A stretch of 64,000 nucleotides of DNA from a virus. This document shows positions 62,081-64,000 of this stretch, one piece after another (within the stretch, counting starts at the first letter, position 1; each line of letters begins with the position of its first letter). The position numbers and the translations under genes were made by a program. The stretch spans positions 3,708 to 67,707 of IMG/VR virus record IMGVR_UViG_3300028648_000064, one strand, 5' to 3'. The notes beneath the pieces were generated by a model. It was not told where the DNA came from. It was given only the letters and a program-made list of their open reading frames with translations, and ran no database searches.

Positions 62081-62449
62081 TCAGGGGGCTACTTCAGCAT
62101 CGTCGCTCGCGGCATCCTGCGCACCGCTGCCCACAACCCGATTCTCGATGTGGTCGTAGCGTCCAGCAATGAACGCATCGAATTGAATGGCGCCGAGCAC
62201 CATGGCGTTCATAGTCGCCGGTCTGATCTTCGGCCCCTCGTCCCGTCTCGCGAGGTCGCTCGCCACACGCAAATACTCCGCATCTTTGATGATCAGATCG
62301 CGGTAGGCGTTGATCGAGAGCATGAGCGCCGTCGTGCGGCGCTTCTCGTCTTTGGTTAGATCAAGATACTGCACGCTCGGGTCGAAGCCGACGCCGGCAT
62401 CCTCCATCGCCTGGTGCGGCGACTGATCCTTGATTTCATCATTACTCAC
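62081..62449 (-). CDS. hypothetical protein (122 aa)
   Basis: AAGGAG RBS before the GTG. Confidence 0.65.
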   Translation of the reverse strand: MSNDEIKDQSPHQAMEDAGVGFDPSVQYLDLTKDEKRRTTALMLSINAYRDLIIKDAEYLRVASDLARRDEGPKIRPATMNAMVLGAIQFDAFIAGRYDHIENRVVGSGAQDAASDDAEVAP

Positions 62450-62480
62450 GTTCCATCTCCTTGTTTCGAGGGGGGAGGGA

Positions 62481-63320
62481 CTACGCGCTGATCCACGCCG
62501 GCAGCGTGTCGAGTTGGAAGCCGGCCGCGCCCTTGTGCCCACCGCCGCCGTACTTCTTGGCGATCTCCGATACGTCCACGTCGCCGCGCGAGCGCAACGA
62601 GAACTGGAAGAGTCCGTCGAATCGCTGCCACCAACCCATCGCCACCGGCGCGCCGTTGTCGCAAAAGCTGCTCAGCAGCTCCGAAATGTCGACCTGCGGC
62701 GCGTTCACACACGGCACGCGCATGCCCTCGAAATCGACGTGACGAGCGTTCTTCGATGCCTCCGCGATGTACTGCGCCACTTTCGCACGCACCGGCTTGC
62801 CGCGCAGATAGGCGTCACCGGCCAAGATTTCTTGCGCGGCCTCGGTCCACGCCGAGAACTCGAACGGCAGCACCCCGATGTAGGCGTTGACCGTTTCGGA
62901 GTTGAGGAGCGCATGGCGCCACAGGTCGCGATCTTCCACGTAGTCCACGGGCCACGGCCGCTCCTCACGGGGGAAGAAGTGGTCCCATGCGAGCCCCGCG
63001 CCGCTACGCTCCATGTCAAACACCACCGTGCAGTCGACACCGTAGAGCGACCGCATGGCATGCTCGAATCCGTCGAGCGCGGCCTGCGCCGTCTTGTGGT
63101 GATCGAGGACCAGCAGCGACTTGGCCTCGTTGGCGATGCCGGTCATCACGTCGAGCGGATACGAGAAGTCCACCATGATGACATCGCGCGCCTTCACGTT
63201 GGGTGCCGGCTTCCCGTAGTACGCCGCCACGAACTCCGCGCCCGGAAATTTTTGATGAAGCACCCACGCCGCGCAAAATCCGTCGCGACACGAGCCATGA
63301 TAGATCACCAGTGGAGTCAC
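62481..63320 (-). CDS. DHH/DHHA1 family phosphoesterase (NrnB/nano-RNase-like)
   Basis: YHGSCRDG, VDFS, LDHHKT, EDRDLW, GGGGHKGAAGF. Confidence 0.92.
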   Translation of the reverse strand: MTPLVIYHGSCRDGFCAAWVLHQKFPGAEFVAAYYGKPAPNVKARDVIMVDFSYPLDVMTGIANEAKSLLVLDHHKTAQAALDGFEHAMRSLYGVDCTVVFDMERSGAGLAWDHFFPREERPWPVDYVEDRDLWRHALLNSETVNAYIGVLPFEFSAWTEAAQEILAGDAYLRGKPVRAKVAQYIAEASKNARHVDFEGMRVPCVNAPQVDISELLSSFCDNGAPVAMGWWQRFDGLFQFSLRSRGDVDVSEIAKKYGGGGHKGAAGFQLDTLPAWISA

Positions 63321-63347
63321 GCACTTTCTCCTTTCGAGAGGGGGGAG

Positions 63348-63371
63348 GCGGGAGTCCCGAAAGACTCCCGC
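63348..63371 (-). terminator. stem-loop with a UUCG-type loop between genes
   Basis: gcgggagtc / gactcccgc 9-bp stem; the minus-strand loop reads UUUCGG; no U tract. Confidence 0.5.
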
Positions 63372-63382
63372 GCTGGGTCCGT

Positions 63383-64000
63383 TCACTGCGATTGCGCCTC
63401 CCGTGCGAGCCGCGCGATCACCTGATCCCACGTCTCGATCGGGCACTGCCGGATGAAGAAATCGACCATCGGATTCGGCGAGCACGGAAACCGGAAGAGC
63501 CGCCGCGCATCCTTGTGGTTCCGCATCGTGTGCATCCCGTAGTGGGCGACGGACTTTTGATCCGAGCACTCCCAATCGCCGCGCCGGAGACACGCCGCCC
63601 ACTGCTGATAGAACCGATGCTCGCCGCGCTTGATGAGGCGAAGCTCCGTCGCCGCGATCGTCGGATCGACTTTCCCCGAGAACGGGAGGAGCGACAGGAA
63701 GCCCAGCTCGCGATCGCTGCGCGCTAAATCCTCGAGCTCGATGTGGCACTGCTTCACGCTCCGTCCGGCCGGGAGCGGCTGATCCTCGGACGCGAGGTGA
63801 TGGAGGTGCTCGCACTCGTCGAGCTTCGCGAGTTGCGCCGCGGAGAGCGCCGGCTGCACGCCGTCGAGCTCGACGTGCCCGAGCGTGAGCCGCGCCTTGT
63901 CGTAGGTCCGCTCGTCAGGCACCGGCAGCGCCACCTCGGCGCCGACCACGCACCGGCCCTGCTCGACGTGGATCGTGAGGAAGTCGAGGAGGAGATCATC
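63383..64000 (-). CDS. hypothetical protein, 5' end outside the window
   Basis: The frame of track ORF 63383..63949 stays open to the window edge. Confidence 0.6.
   Translation of the reverse strand, partial: DDLLLDFLTIHVEQGRCVVGAEVALPVPDERTYDKARLTLGHVELDGVQPALSAAQLAKLDECEHLHHLASEDQPLPAGRSVKQCHIELEDLARSDRELGFLSLLPFSGKVDPTIAATELRLIKRGEHRFYQQWAACLRRGDWECSDQKSVAHYGMHTMRNHKDARRLFRFPCSPNPMVDFFIRQCPIETWDQVIARLAREAQSQ

Noticed and set aside
1-64000. tRNA, rRNA or tmRNA genes
   Set aside because: No cloverleaf or conserved rRNA segments were recognised by eye; a tRNAscan/Infernal run would be needed to exclude them

Overview
This window is most of a high-GC tailed dsDNA phage or prophage genome, of HK97-capsid, long non-contractile tail (siphovirus-like) type. 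Nearly all genes lie on the minus strand. Reading right to left: small early/middle hypothetical genes with a DHH phosphoesterase (55.3-64 kb); a glycan-modification cluster interleaved with four free-standing HNH endonucleases (50.3-57.7 kb); HNH-terS-terL; a portal-MuF fusion; a 949-aa prohead protease carrying an internal AAA+ ATPase; the major capsid gene; neck and tail-tube genes with embedded glycosyltransferases; a tail chaperone with a G-GGA-AAA -1 frameshift; a 2349-aa tape measure protein; tail-tip genes; and a lysis cassette (M15 endolysin, holin-like proteins, patatin lipase, lipoprotein). Three very large signal-peptide-bearing, Cys-rich, Pro/Thr-linker proteins sit inside the virion morphogenesis operon. 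No integrase, tRNA, rRNA or CRISPR array was seen. All product calls rest on motif recognition and synteny, not database searches. Several starts were refined by eye from the ORF track using RBS and ATGA/GTGA overlaps.
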